A DNA stretch of 64,000 bases from Octopus bimaculoides (GCF_001194135.2 NC_068983.1:38450483-38514482), one strand, 5' to 3'. Numbered from the stretch's first letter, positions 25,571 through 39,260 are shown. Notes: a model not told the origin generated them from the letters alone. A program made the numbers and translations.

Positions 25571-25740
25571 TTCGGCGTGCAACCTTTTCAATAGTTTTGA
25601 GAGTTGAAATTTTACCGGTCAGTGTGTTAACTTATAAACCCCCAAAAGAGAATGACTCTCCCCAGATACAACAGAATATGCTTCAACACACGAATTCACA
25701 TAAAGAGTCTTGCAGACCAAATCTAAAAGCGAAATATTTA

Positions 25741-25803
<63 letters not shown>

Positions 25804-26239
25804 TAATATTTATATATTTTTAAACATATAATGTTTGTCAAAATCGTTCGTGTCCTGAAAAAATACTATGCAGTATTTGTTCCGGACCTTTATGTTCTGA
25901 GTTCAAATCCTGCCAAAGTCAACATTGCCTTCATATTTTCAGGGTCGATGAAATAGAGTCAGTTCGGTATTGGTGTCGATTACATCGACTTGTCCCTCCA
26001 CTCAAACTGTTGACCTTGTGTCTAAATCAGAAGGGACGCTTCCCCACCCCCCATCTGAATCTCGTGGCACACTAATGTGGTGCAGGGCAACATTTGAAAA
26101 AAAAACGATGTCATATTGTCTTACAAAATCGAATGGTGTTTTGGATAATGTAATCGATGTGCAAAATGCCTAGAACATAAAGAAGGTTGGTCATGGCTGG
26201 AATATATATATATTTGGCTATATATATATATGTTCCATT

Positions 26240-26625
26240 GGAGATGCAATGGCCCAGTGTTTAGGGCAGCGGACTCGCGGTCATAGGATCGCGGTTTCGA
26301 TTCCCAGACTGGGCGTTGTGAGTGTTTATTGAGCGAAAACACCTAAAGCTCCACGAGGCTCTGGCAGGGGATGGTGGCGAACCCTGTTGTACTCTTTCAC
26401 CACAACTTTCTCTCACTCTTAATTCCTGTTTCTGTTGTGCCTGTAATTCAAAGGGTCAGCCTTGTCATATTGTGTCACGCTGAATGTCCCCGAGAACTAC
26501 GTTAAGGGTACACGTGTCTGTGGAATGCTCAGCCACTTGCACGTTAATTTCACGAGCAGGCTGTTCCGTTGATCGGATCAACTGGAACCCTCGACGTCGT
26601 AAGCGACGGAAGTTCAACAACAACG
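26240..26625 (+). mobile_element. Long tRNA-derived SINE family E
   Basis: Box A tggcccagtgttta, box B ggtttcgattcc and (aac)n tail; closely similar copy at 49830-50208. Confidence 0.9.
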
Positions 26626-27625
26626 TATGTTCCATTAGCTCTTTTGAGGAGTTAAACAACAAAACGATGCCGCTAGATTCCAATCACTGTAATGATTGGA
26701 AAGAAAGGCACGTTAGAAAGTGTAATTCACGGAATGGTCATAACTGGAATGCCTCTGCTCATAGGTTTGTACGATCAAAATTGGCCTGTGGTTAAACAAC
26801 AACAATAAGCAGACTGAAGATTGACTCAAAAGACTTAACCATTCAGCCAACCCTTTGTACGGTTAAAGCAACAAAGGAGCTTCTAGGTGGTAATTCAACA
26901 TGCTAGAAATAACAGTCACATCATACTTATATCCTGTCTTGCTGCCTTGAACATGAGAATGAAGGAAACATGACACTGTGGCCGTATCAAAAAAAAAAAA
27001 AAGGAAAAAACATGATGGTCACGGATAGAACACCGATTCTATGATTTATCTCTTCAACCAGGTCTGACTTGGTACTATAATTATCAACAACAAGTGTATT
27101 TAAATATTTTCTGTTTTTTATTCAAAACGCGAGTTATTTAATCGGTGTTATTTTTCATAGAATCCTCATTGTAAACATCTTCCTCCGGCTTGTCTTCATC
27201 ATTATCACCATCACCACCATCTTTGTCGTCATCGTCGTCATCATCATCATCATCAAATTCATCTTCTAAAAAAGGTGGTTTATTTATTTCTTTGGAGTGG
27301 TAATTCCTTCAAGTTGAGTCTAGAAGAAGAAAATTCAAGACAATTAAGTTTATGATAAGGTATTTAAGATATATGCATGCGTACGTATAGATGGACATAT
27401 AGACGGAACAGCTTTCCAAACAAGGGTATTTTCTGAAACTGCGAGAATTCCCCAGTTTGAGTAGCTGATGAGGGGTAAATTCCACGTTTCTTCCGCCATT
27501 AACATATTAACATACTTGCACGTTTGTTGCTCAAGAACACAACACACAACCCGGTCCAGGTATCGAACTCACAACCACATTATTGTTAGTCCGGTGCTCT
27601 AACGACTGAGTCTATATATATACAT

Positions 27626-27672
<47 letters not shown>

Positions 27673-27695
27673 TACACATACACACATACATGCAT

Positions 27696-27744
<49 letters not shown>

Positions 27745-28022
27745 AATAGATATACACATACGTACATACATACAAAGACTTGCCGTTGAGTTATCTACGT
27801 ACGTGGGAGCTATCATAACTAAAAAGACCAACGAAGTGCAACAAGGGACTTTTGGAGAAACCGAAATAGGTAATTTAGGTTAAATGACTTTTTTCTTTGT
27901 CAGCCTAATATGTCAGTNNNNNNNNNNNNNNNNNNNNNNNNNNNNNNNNNNNNNNNNNNNNNNNNNNNNNNNNNNNNNNNNNNNNNNNNNNNNNNNNNNN
28001 NNNNNNNNNNNNNNNNNNNNNN

Positions 28023-28069
<47 letters not shown>

Positions 28070-28652
28070 CTTGATGTTTGTAAGAAATTACACCAGTCAG
28101 CTAATTAGATGACATATGTGAGCGCGTGTATTGTGTGTGTTTGTGTTTAAACATTATTTAGCGTTAAAGAAAATTACTCCAGCTTAGTAATTAGACTAAA
28201 CGTACAAATATCTCCATGTAATGTTCATTTCCAGATACAAACACACACGCGCGCGCAGAAATACAACTGTCCAATATGTACACACGTAGCTACCCAATTA
28301 CACATGAATGTTTTCATGTTACTTGCTTAAGGGTCAACAGAACAACAGAAAAGGGGTCAGTCGTTAGATGATGAAAGGAGAACTTGTTGGTATTTAGAGG
28401 ACAATAACCTCGGATTTAGCTTTGAAAACTCTTGTAGCTGTCGGAAACATATCAAAATGAAACAATGAAATCTGAAGAAATTAATTATAGTCTTCTGCGT
28501 TGACGAACAGGGAATACAGACAGTTCACAAGGATAGTGTATGGTACGTATTTACTCGTGTATGAGTCACATTTCTTTATACTTGCTTTTGACTGAAAAAC
28601 TGAGGGGTGGACTTTCACACGAGGCAAAGCTAAAATCAAATTTGAATATTAA

Positions 28653-28788
28653 CCCTTTGAGCCCGTAGCACCGGTTTACCGGTGGATGGCTTATTTTTCT
28701 CTATACCGTAGCACCGCTCTACCGGTGGAGTGCATCTGGAAGCCAGGTACATGATCAAATAAGGTTCAGGAAGTCAGGGCTCAAAGGG
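28653..28788. mobile_element. piggyBac-type MITE (136 bp)
   Basis: TTAA on both sides, 12-bp perfect TIR CCCTTTGAGCCC/GGGCTCAAAGGG, and internal direct repeat ccgtagcaccg..taccggtgga. Confidence 0.85.
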
Positions 28789-28799
28789 TTAAGAGATAA

Positions 28800-29657
28800 G
28801 ATGGGAGCTGGCAGAATCGTAAGCACGCATTTCATCCTTTCGGGGTCGATAAAATAAATACCAGTTAAGCACTGGGGCCGATTTAATCGACTTACCCCTT
28901 CCCCTGAAATTACCGGCCTTGTGCCAAAATCTGGAATAAGGTAAGAGCTGCAGACTCATTAGCACACCGGGCAAAAGCTTACAGGCATTTCACCTGTCTT
29001 TATGTTCTGAGTTCGAATTCGTTGAGGTCGACTTTGCCTTTCCTCTTTTCGAGGTCTATAAAATAAATAGCAGCTGAGCATTGGAGTCGATGTAATCGAC
29101 TTAACCCCTCCTCCGAAATTGCTGGTCTCGACCAAAATTTGAAACCAAATTATACACGACTAAATACGGTAAGTTATTTATTAGATTAAGCATTAAAGAG
29201 TTAACTTGAAATAATTACACCAGCCTCGTACCTCTGCAACTCAATCACCCCCCCCCCACTTGCTACGATAACCCTTCCTACTATAAGCCAAGAGCCTGAA
29301 AATTTAAGGGAGGGGGCCAGTGTTTAATTGGCACTTATTTCATGGAATTATCCGAAATGATGTAAGGCAAAGTCGAGCTCGGTGGAATTTGAACTCTGAA
29401 CGTAAAGAGCCGGAAAGAGTACTGCAAAGCATTTTGTCCTTTCTAATCTAGGCAAAAGGCCCGAAATTTCTGAGGAGGAAGGGGTGGGCAGTCGATTAGA
29501 TCGACCCCAGTACGTAACTGGTACTTAATTTATCGACCCCGAAAAGATGAAAGGCAAAGTCGACCTCGGCGGAATTTGAACTCAGAACGTAGCGGCAGAC
29601 GAAATGCCGCTAAGCATTTCGCCCGGCGTGCTAACGTTTCTGCCAGCTCGCCGCCTT
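28800..29657. mobile_element. SINE family A cluster (two + copies at 28800-29145, two - copies at 29280-29657)
   Basis: Homology. Confidence 0.8.
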
Positions 29658-29689
29658 CCTCAGAGCTGGTTTGTCTTCGTACCTCGAAG

Positions 29690-30050
29690 ACTTAGGCGCC
29701 CCCACTCACACGTCTCTCTACTTATCGTCACCCTTGGTGTTTCTTACCCCTTTGTCTTCTCCTTATTTTTCCTAATTTGGCTCCGACTATCACCTGTTCC
29801 ACAACACGAGAAACACTTGGCTGGGAGGGAACCAGTATCGCAGTGACAATGACGTCATATCTATTGTTAATGACATTTTGTGACCAACAAAATGAGAGCT
29901 TCTTTACCAATGGGATCCAAGTACTTCAACATCGATGGAAGAAGTGTGTGGACTGCAAGGCGGACTAAGCTGAAAAATAAACCTCACTTGGTCACATTCT
30001 ATGAGAGTATTCTTGGTGCAGCCTACGAACTTTTCAGCTGGACCCTTGTA
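29690..30050 (+). mobile_element. Mariner 3' fragment with right TIR
   Basis: NLAP-DYHLFH...NQYRSDNDVIS...DQQNESFFTNGIQVLQHRWKKCVD; ends gaacttttcagctggacccttgTA. Confidence 0.85.
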
Positions 30051-30091
30051 ATCACACAGCTATGACTATGTCCATATAATTACTTATTGAC

Positions 30092-30705
30092 ATAAGGCAG
30101 CGAGCTGGCAGAATCATTAGCACGCCGGTCGAAATGCTTAGTGGTATTTCGTTTGCTGCTACGTTCTGAGTTCAAATTCCGCCGTGGTCGACTTTGCCTT
30201 TCATCCTTTCGGGGTCGATAAATTAAGTACCAGTTACGCACTGGGGTCGATGTAATCGATTTAATCCGTTCGTCTGTCCTTTTTTGTCCTCTCTATGTTT
30301 AGCCCCTTGTGAGCAATGAAGAAATAAGAAACGTTATCACGCCGGGCGAAATGCTAAGCGGTATTTCGTCTGTTTTTACGTTCTGGGTTCAAATGCCACC
30401 GTGGTCAACTTTGCCTTTCATCATTTTGGGGTCGATAAATTAAGTACCAGTTGCGTACCTCCCTCCAAATTTCAGGCCTTGTGCCTAGAGAAGAAAAAAC
30501 TATATTAAGGTGGCGAGCTGGCAGAAACGTTAGCACGCCGGGCGAAATGCTTAGCGGTATTTTGTCTGCCGTTACGTTCTGAGTTCAGATTCCGCCGAGG
30601 TCGACTTTGCCTTTCATCCTTTCGAGGTCGATAAATTAAGTACCAGTGAAACACAGGAATTGATATAAACAACTAACCCCTCACCTTGTGCCTATAGTAG
30701 GAAGG
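30092..30705 (+). mobile_element. Three tandem SINE family A copies within one 16-bp TSD
   Basis: ataattacttattgac at 30076-30091 and 30706-30721. Confidence 0.88.
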
Positions 30706-32535
30706 ATAATTACTTATTGACGTAAACCGGGGCAGAAGAGAATTCAAGAATCCAACGACCCTATTTATTCCGAAGCAAACGTGAAGACGTAATGAATGGG
30801 CTGTGTTTGATTATAGGGGGTGGAGCGTCAGTCACGAGGATGGGCATTATTAAATTCATACAATGTATATATTATATGTATATGCAAATGATGTACCGAA
30901 TATTTTGTTTTAAAGTATTGATCATACTACTATAAGAAATATTCAATGTTATAATGGCGGACCAAATATAATTGATTCGCAAACTCCAAGCAACAGGTTC
31001 AATCTGTTAGAGGCACTGTCAGATGATGATGATGATGACGATGATGGTGGTAACGATGATGATGGTGATGATGATGATGATGATCGTTGTTGTTATTGTC
31101 GTTGTTGTTCTTGTTGCATTAGCTCTTCCGCCCCCCGCCCCCCGCCACCCCAGGCCAATCCTGATCAAACAACAGACTATGGTCGCAGGCGTTCCAATAT
31201 TGTCTGAGAATTTCTAATAGCATGATCGATATTTTAGAACAAAATAATATTGTGTATATCATTTATATATATACTAGCAGAGGCACCCGGCGTTGCTCGG
31301 GAATGAAATTGTTGCTTATATACTTGAAGAAAAAAAGGCAAAATATGCTGTATAGAAATTTGAGGACATTCTGTAGATGGACTCTCAGATGAATGATGGC
31401 TGGCGCCTCTCATGAATGGGGAAAATTGAAGATGTGCCAAAAAGCCTCATTGGTACTTGGAAACTTTTACGAAAATTAAAATGGGGATTAAATGAAAAAA
31501 ATGATTTACTTGAATNNNNNNNNNNNNNNNNNNNNNNNNNNNNNNNNNNNNNNNNNNNNNNNNNNNNNNNNNNNNNNNNNNNNNNNNNNNNNNNNNNNNN
31601 NNNNNNNNNNNNNNNNNNNNNNNNNNNNNNNNNNNNNNNNNNNNNNNNNNNNNNNNNNNNNNNNNNNNNNNNNNNNNNNNNNNNNNNNNNNNNNNNNNNN
31701 NNNNNNNNNNNNNNNNNNNNNNNNNNNNNNNNNNNNNNNNNNNNNNNNNNNNNNNNNNNNNNNNNNNNNNNNNNNNNNNNNNNNNNNNNNNNNNNNNNNN
31801 NNNNNNNNNNNNNNNNNNNNNNNNNNNNNNNNNNNNNNNNNNNNNNNNNNNNNNNNNNNNNNNNNNNNNNNNNNNNNNNNNNNNNNNNNNNNNNNNNNNN
31901 NNNNNNNNNNNNNNNNNNNNNNNNNNNNNNNNNNNNNNNNNNNNNNNNNNNNNNNNNNNNNNNNNNNNNNNNNNNNNNNNNNNNNNNNNNNNNNNNNNNN
32001 NNNNNNNNNNNNNNNNNNNNNNNNNNNNNNNNNNNNNNNNNNNNNNNNNNNNNNNNNNNNNNNNNNNNNNNNNNNNNNNNNNNNNNNNNNNNNNNNNNNN
32101 NNNNNNNNNNNNNNNNNNNNNNNNNNNNNNNNNNNNNNNNNNNNNNNNNNNNNNNNNNNNNNNNNNNNNNNNNNNNNNNNNNNNNNNNNNNNNNNNNNNN
32201 NNNNNNNNNNNNNNNNNNNNNNNNNNNNNNNNNNNNNNNNNNNNNNNNNNNNNNNNNNNNNNNNNNNNNNNNNNNNNNNNNNNNNNNNNNNNNNNNNNNN
32301 NNNNNNNNNNNNNNNNNNNNNNNNNNNNNNNNNNNNNNNNNNNNNNNNNNNNNNNNNNNNNNNNNNNNNNNNNNNNNNNNNNNNNNNNNNNNNNNNNNNN
32401 NNNNNNNNNNTATATATATATATATATATATTACATACGCATAGATAAATAGTCTGTGTGTGTGTGTGTCAGTGCGCGCGCGGGTACGTGCGTAAATACA
32501 TTTATGTCGACATACGGACACGAATACTTACATTC

Positions 32536-32571
<36 letters not shown>

Positions 32572-33845
32572 TTGTATATATGTATTAAATATATATATAT
32601 ATTATATTATCTAGATAGATAGATAGATATACAAGTACATGCAGACACACACAAATACATACATGCACATATGTATACATATATGTATATATTTAAATGT
32701 AAAAAGAAAAACATTTATATAGAGAAAAACACACACACATCCATTTAAGCATTCATACACACATACATACGTAAATATATACATACACCCCTACATACAT
32801 GAATATATACATACATATATACACATATACACACATACGTTCATACACGCATATATAAACATACATTCATACGCACATATATACACACACACATACACAC
32901 ATACCCATACACATACGAAAGGGCAACAAGAGAAACAATTAATTTCACAAAAATCGATATGAAAAACAGACTGTTTTTAGACTTCTACAGAATCGATGTT
33001 TTCTTTGCCTCTAACAACGCTCACAGTTGCCTTCTAAAAGCCACACAACCAAAATATCTCTTCAAGCCATCACGGCTTATCTTATTCATTATCTAAACAA
33101 TGAACTGCCGTCTTAGGTCCTTTCTCAAACGTCCCCGCTATCGTCGCAAGCACCTACTACATCGTTAATACTCCATAAACCAGTAAATCTTAGATAATGC
33201 ATCAAGGCCTAATTGATTGGAGATTAGAAAAGAGAAAATTTAACATCAATATTGAAGCTGTTTAGGACAACAGGGCTGGGTTGGGTCGATCTTTAATCGG
33301 TTGATGTTGCTGGCGCCTTTTACGCTTGTTGCAAGCATGGCGCAACAACTACGAACCCCAATCGAATCGTTTCAGTGCCGCCTGTGCTTTAAGGGTAGAT
33401 GAGGTGTGAATTCCAATGGATAAGGTCTTCTAGTGAACAAAAGTAACCCTACGCATAAAAGGGTTACTAATTTAAACCCACGACTAGCAATTTTGACAGG
33501 AGGGGGAGTAATCGATTCCATTGGCCCCTGTATTTAGACTGATGCTTTACTTTGTCGACCTTCAAAGGATGAAAAGCAAAGGACCACGGCGGGAATTGAA
33601 CTCAGAACGTAAAGAGTCAGAAAAAAACATATCACGAAACATTTTCCCGACGCGCTAACAACTATTCTTCCAGCTTGCAGTACTCGAAACATATTTTGTT
33701 GTATCTGGGGAGAGCCATTCTCTTTTAGTGCCTTATAATTTAACACACTGACCGGTAAAGTTTCCACTCATTTACTTATATATTTTTACCGGTGAGTGTG
33801 TTAAATAATAAGGCACTAAAATAGAATGACTCTCCTCAGACACAG

Positions 33846-33879
<34 letters not shown>

Positions 33880-34079
33880 CAAATTAAACGATGAATTAAT
33901 CTCCTGCAAAGATAATTGGATTGGGACTACTTAATAACAGAACGGTGTAGGATTAGATGATGTTGGTGATTTGATTGCAGATTCGATTGTTAATTTTGAT
34001 CGGTGGTTTGGTTACTGTGTTGAGAATTTGAATCTTTTAGAAACCGGATCGGGCTGAATTAGAGTGCTAAATATTAAGT

Positions 34080-34260
34080 TCACATTATGTAAAAAAAAAA
34101 TCACCACTATGAGCACAGCCTGTTATTGCAATAAGCTCCTACCTTTACAAGCCTTCCCAATAGCCTATATGCAATCATCTGCAAACGCCCAGACACATTC
34201 AAAGCACTCACTGAAAAACACTACAACACCATTCCAAGAATTCTATTTCTCGCACTCTGT
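34080..34260 (+). mobile_element. Possible CR1-like LINE extreme 3' remnant
   Basis: APTFTSLPNSLYAIICKRPDTFKALTEKHYNTIPR resembles the C-terminus of the 10800-11262 element. Confidence 0.4.
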
Positions 34261-34949
34261 TCCCACTAACATAAAAATTCATACAGGCACTAAAATAACT
34301 TCTGTTAGTCGATGAGCTAAAGAGGAACTGTGTGCACGGTTACCGTTCCCGTTGGAAATAAACGCTAAATTTCCCTCTAATAACAACCTACTTCTTAAAA
34401 AAGGATGTGTTGATTAGTGTGGCCATGAATTCATTGTGCTCAGCCATGGATCCATTGTGTTCACGATAAAGAGGTAATGGTCATAGCACTAAGGGATTTT
34501 TTTTTTACGTGGCTTGGTAGGAAAAGGAAATGTCAGCACTCATGAGCCATCTCTGGGCCTCCAAAACTGACAGGAGGGAGAAAAAGGAGACCTGGTCCAA
34601 ATGCTGGGAACAGAGTGATCTTCGCTAAAAGCACTCAAGGACATATAGAGCGGGAGTGGAAACGGAATAAGGCGAAGGTTTACATCTATCGTTCAAGGAA
34701 AGGAACGGTTTCCACGCAGTTTCCATCAACCAAATTCCGCTCTTTGGTTGACTCGATACGACGCTTGAAGACACTCAACTAGAGAGTAACATAATGGGAT
34801 AGGACCCCCCACCAAATCTACATAACTATGAAGCAGACGTATTAAGCACTCAGCCATGCAAACACATTGGCCTGCTCAATGAAGATTGATTTGAAATAAA
34901 GACAAAACAGCAACAACTAAATTATATGTGTGTGCCTACACGCGTGTTG

Positions 34950-35700
34950 AAGAAAACAAACTAAGGGAAATAACTCGAAGTAGCCAGTGCCATGTATTTG
35001 AACAACAATGATAGATAATGGTATATTAAATACCATACAAGATATATTCTTCGTGTATTGAAATTATCTTAGATCCAAGTGATGGAAGAACAATCACCTG
35101 ACGGCAGTGTGGACCAATTCTAAACGAGAAGTGAAATAACCTCAAGAATCAAGTATTCTCCAAAACTGAAATGCCATTAAGGAAATTGTTTGTAGACAAG
35201 AGGACAGCTGTGGATACGTGTTTCTGTTTCAACAGGTGTCATCAGTACAGTTGTTGCCCTGCCTTGTCTCCAGCAGAACGAGATACTTAAAGATATACAA
35301 AAAGTAGTAGAACACAGTTAAACCTAGATAACGAAACATTATGTAAAAGGAAAATAACTCAGAGTGAACTGTATCATATATTTCAACACGAAATGTATAT
35401 AAGAATATATTAAATACTATACGAGATAAATTTATTGATTTATTAAAATTATTTCCGCTTCCAGGGATGATATAACAATCGCTCGGTGGCAACTGAAACC
35501 AACACAAATGAGGGTGAAAGATAGCCTCAAGAACCAAGAATTCCACAAATTTGACATGCTACACAGAGCTAATATATTCTCTCACAGTCAAGTCATTCAA
35601 GGGTCTAGTAGTTACGCTGATGAAGTCTAATAAGACCAAAACATGTCCGGAACTATCATCATAATTTCCAAAGATCAGACTCACTCTTCACTGTATGTTC
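34950..35700 (+). mobile_element. Degenerate Penelope-like element 3' region ending in an HHR-bearing terminal repeat
   Basis: Weak Cys-rich/GIY-YIG-region remnants, followed by the HHR motif at 35610-35654. Confidence 0.5.
35610..35654 (+). ncRNA. Type I hammerhead motif with decayed core (GAAA>CAAAA)
   Basis: agttacg-CTGATGA-a-gtct(aata)agac-caaaac-at-GTC-cggaact; 6 of 7 stem I pairs and a GUC triplet. Confidence 0.6.
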
Positions 35701-36149
35701 CCATTTAATTTTTAATGAATTTATATTTCCAATTGTCTTCCTTGCTTTTCTTCACAATAATTTTCATTAACTTAAATGATATTTTTCTTCTCATTGCATG
35801 TGTAAATTCAATTGATTAAAAACTTTCGACTAACACACAGACACATACATACATACATACATATATACATACATATATATATATATATACACACACATGT
35901 AAATACACATGGGTGTGTATACACACACACATATATATGCGCGTGCATATTATAATAAATATAAATGTATGTATGCAAGTATGTATGCATGTATGCATGT
36001 CCGTATATACGTATGTGTAAAGCTATCTATAAATAGTTATAGGGTGCGAGAGAGAAAGAGAGAGACGAGAAGAGATATATAGATAACTACATGAATAAAA
36101 ACTATGACTATTCAGTTGTCAAACGAATGTGTTCTCTTCATACACGGAA

Positions 36150-36640
36150 TCACTATAAAGAAAAAAACACTGCATATACACCAAAGGCAACAAATGACCA
36201 ACTTAAAAATATAATACGGTGTGACCCACAGTAATAACATCGCCAGTGTAGCGAGAAACTTCCACTCTCTGATCAAAAACGATTTTCTCAGCTCCTGCAA
36301 GTTTCCCAAACTTTTTGACAAAAACTGTATAAAAGTGAGCCATAGTTGCTTTCAGAATATGTCTAGCGTTACTAAAAGCTATAACGCAAAATATTTTACC
36401 TATACAATTGCTGAATTATCGATCTCTTTCCTTTGAAAATGAAATGCTTGGAGGCTTACTTCACAAAATCGTACTGACGTCATCAAGAAGACACACAGAC
36501 AAATTATATAAGATTCATAGTGCATTCATTCAAAATTACCTGAACCAACACTGCCATTTGGAAAACAATACACTTCTCTCAAAGTGTATTTGGAAATATA
36601 CAAATAAATGAGACGCTGATTTTAACAAAGGTGCAGGGCT
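36150..36640 (+). mobile_element. Neptune-type PLE fragment (RT to GIY-YIG linker)
   Basis: VARNFHSLIKNDF..KFPKLFDKNCIKVSHSCFQNMSSVTKSYNAK (cf. IGKxFLxLIDKHF..KIFNRNTIKVSYSCMxNM) and TLLSKCIWK. Confidence 0.7.
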
Positions 36641-37216
36641 ACATACTTTAAGAAGAACTTGATCGGCCTTGCTACTTCAGTGGTTATTTATTTAATCGAC
36701 ACCCTTCAAAAGGTATAAAAAATAAAACTAACTATAGAGGGATTTGAACTTAGAATATAGAACAGCAAAGCATTTTGTCCAGTGCTATTAACAATTTTGC
36801 TATCACTGTCCCAACTATTTCTGAAAGAGCATCAACGTTTAGAATCAGGTCAAGGCACTGCGTTAGGTTTCCTGTTTTACAGAATAAACAAAAAAAAAAA
36901 AACAAAAAAAAACTTTACATTATCCAGTTCTAAACAACATAAAAATGAATTAATTACATTCTGCTGCCATATGCCTAAACTGCACATAAATTTCAAGAAG
37001 TGTTGTCTGATATATGTGCTATGATGAACAGCACTTGACGTCATGTACCATGTCACCAGTTAATGGCATCTGGTATTTTTCATAACTTTCAAACGTTATC
37101 TGCTATTTTTCTAATTTAATGCTGAGTACAGTTGACCAACTATTCATTATAGGTTCACAATCTTAGTTACCAAATATACATACAACAAACACATTCTCTA
37201 CACTACTAATATATAT

Positions 37217-37262
<46 letters not shown>

Positions 37263-37559
37263 GCAAGATCCAGGGATCGAGATGTAGGAAGAAAGTTAGC
37301 TTTAAGCAATCCGTAGTAAATACAAAAAACAACTTTCAGGGAGAATAGTGGTTTATTGAGATGGAAGGTTGCGGATCTTTTAAATTTTTATTGAAGAATA
37401 ATGAGCTGAAAAAAAGTTCTTTTTATAATCCTCAGTAGGTAGCCAGGGTTGCTGAGTGTGCGAAAAAAAATATTAGAGATACGGAATAGGAGCAGAGCGG
37501 AGCGGAAACCCCTTTTGGTCACGAATGACCATGGGATTGCATCTAGAAAGTTACCTTCC

Positions 37560-37795
37560 AAGGCACACAAGTCCGGGCAAGGATGTTTATGGAAGACCAG
37601 CAGTCACCCATGCATACCGGTCTCCCCTCTCCACACCACTGATGTTATCCAAGGGAAAGGCAAAGACCGATACAGCTTGGTATCAGTGACGTCGCAACTC
37701 ATTTCTACAGCTGAGTGAACTGGAGCAACATGAAATAAAGTGTCTTGCTCAAGAACACAACACGCAGCCCGGTCCGGGTTTCGAACTCACCGGGC
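37560..37795 (-). mobile_element. CORE-like tRNA SINE; related copies at 27510-27610 and 43040-43185
   Basis: Reverse strand shows gagttcgaaacc and ttgagcaagacactttatttcatgttgctccagttcactcagctg. Confidence 0.7.
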
Positions 37796-37863
37796 TACAT
37801 ACGTTTCATAGCGCGTGCAACCTCAAAAGTGGTAAAAACCCAAGCGAGGTGTATATCACTAAG

Positions 37864-38051
37864 TACTCTTCAGGCCAAGGATATCTTGATTAGGTTAAAG
37901 GTTATATTATCACAAGGAGGTACATGTTGACGCAAAGAAGATTCAGTCAGAATGTGTCTACATTCTGATTGGATCCTCTTTGTGTCAAAATGTACCTCCT
38001 TGCAACAATGTAGCCTTTAATCTAATCAAGATATTCTTGGCCTGAAGAGTA
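37864..38051. mobile_element. 188-bp fold-back (hairpin) MITE with TA ends; partial copy near 58185-58212
   Basis: Two 92-nt arms around a 4-nt loop, about 12 mismatches. Confidence 0.8.
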
Positions 38052-38500
38052 GCTGGCAGTATTATACAACTCGCTTGGATTTTACTTGTGAGGTTCCACT
38101 TACTATGATGTTGATGAGGATAATGATGATGAGAATGATGATGATGAGGATGACGATGATGACGACGACGACGACGATGATGATGATGATAGATTGAATA
38201 ACGTACTTTCTTGGTACATTAAAACCGATTAAAAAGATTGAATGATCACAACTGAAATGACTTTGAGTATATTTCCATTCAAGCAGAGCTGACCTCAGGT
38301 TAAACAACAACAACATTAAAATATGCAAATTAAGGTTGAACCGATTTGGAGATAGTTGGGAACTCTGTTTTCATTGGAACTCTAATCAAAGGAACCAAAC
38401 ACAAATGCAGTCAGTCAATACATAAATGCATATATTGAACAATGTGGATGTGTACACACGCACACATACACACACACACACACTCACACACACGCGCGCG

Positions 38501-38540
<40 letters not shown>

Positions 38541-38629
38541 TGTACTCACGTTCACACAAAATGGATGCACATACAAAAACATATACACGCACAACAAACA
38601 CACACTTCCTCTCTGACTTTCTGTCTCTC

Positions 38630-38705
<76 letters not shown>

Positions 38706-38879
38706 TCGCACATACACATTCAGGCAAATGAAATATATTCATATGATTTACACATACTGATGTTCACATAATGTTGATGCACAATGTTCTTACAATAAGG
38801 ACAGACACACATTCGTATACTGAGTACACACACATTCATACAATACACACGCACACACACACACACACACACTCACACA

Positions 38880-39230
38880 TACACACAAACATGTATGCAC
38901 ACATGAGCACACTTTCTTACCATGTGTACACACACACATACATACTAAGTGGGCACATGCATACATTCACAAATTGTGTATATACAACATCTCCTACAGT
39001 GTGCATACATGCATACACATTCATTCATGTGTATGTGCCCCCCCACACACACACACATACACACAAATACATGTGTGCACACACAAGCACACTTTCTTAT
39101 CATGGGTACACACACACACACACACACTCATACATACATACTATGTGGACACATACATACATTCAAAATTGCATATATACACTTCCTACAGTGTGCACAC
39201 ACGCATACACATTCATTCATGTGTATGTGG

Positions 39231-39260
<30 letters not shown>
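38880..39260. repeat. ~180-bp tandem duplication in CA-rich sequence
   Basis: gcacactttctta...cctacagtgtgca...cattcattcatgtgtatgtg occurs twice. Confidence 0.8.

Noticed and set aside
26240-26320. tRNA-like sequences here and at 9281-9354 and 49830
   Set aside because: They have box A/B but no complete cloverleaf, and they continue into SINE bodies.
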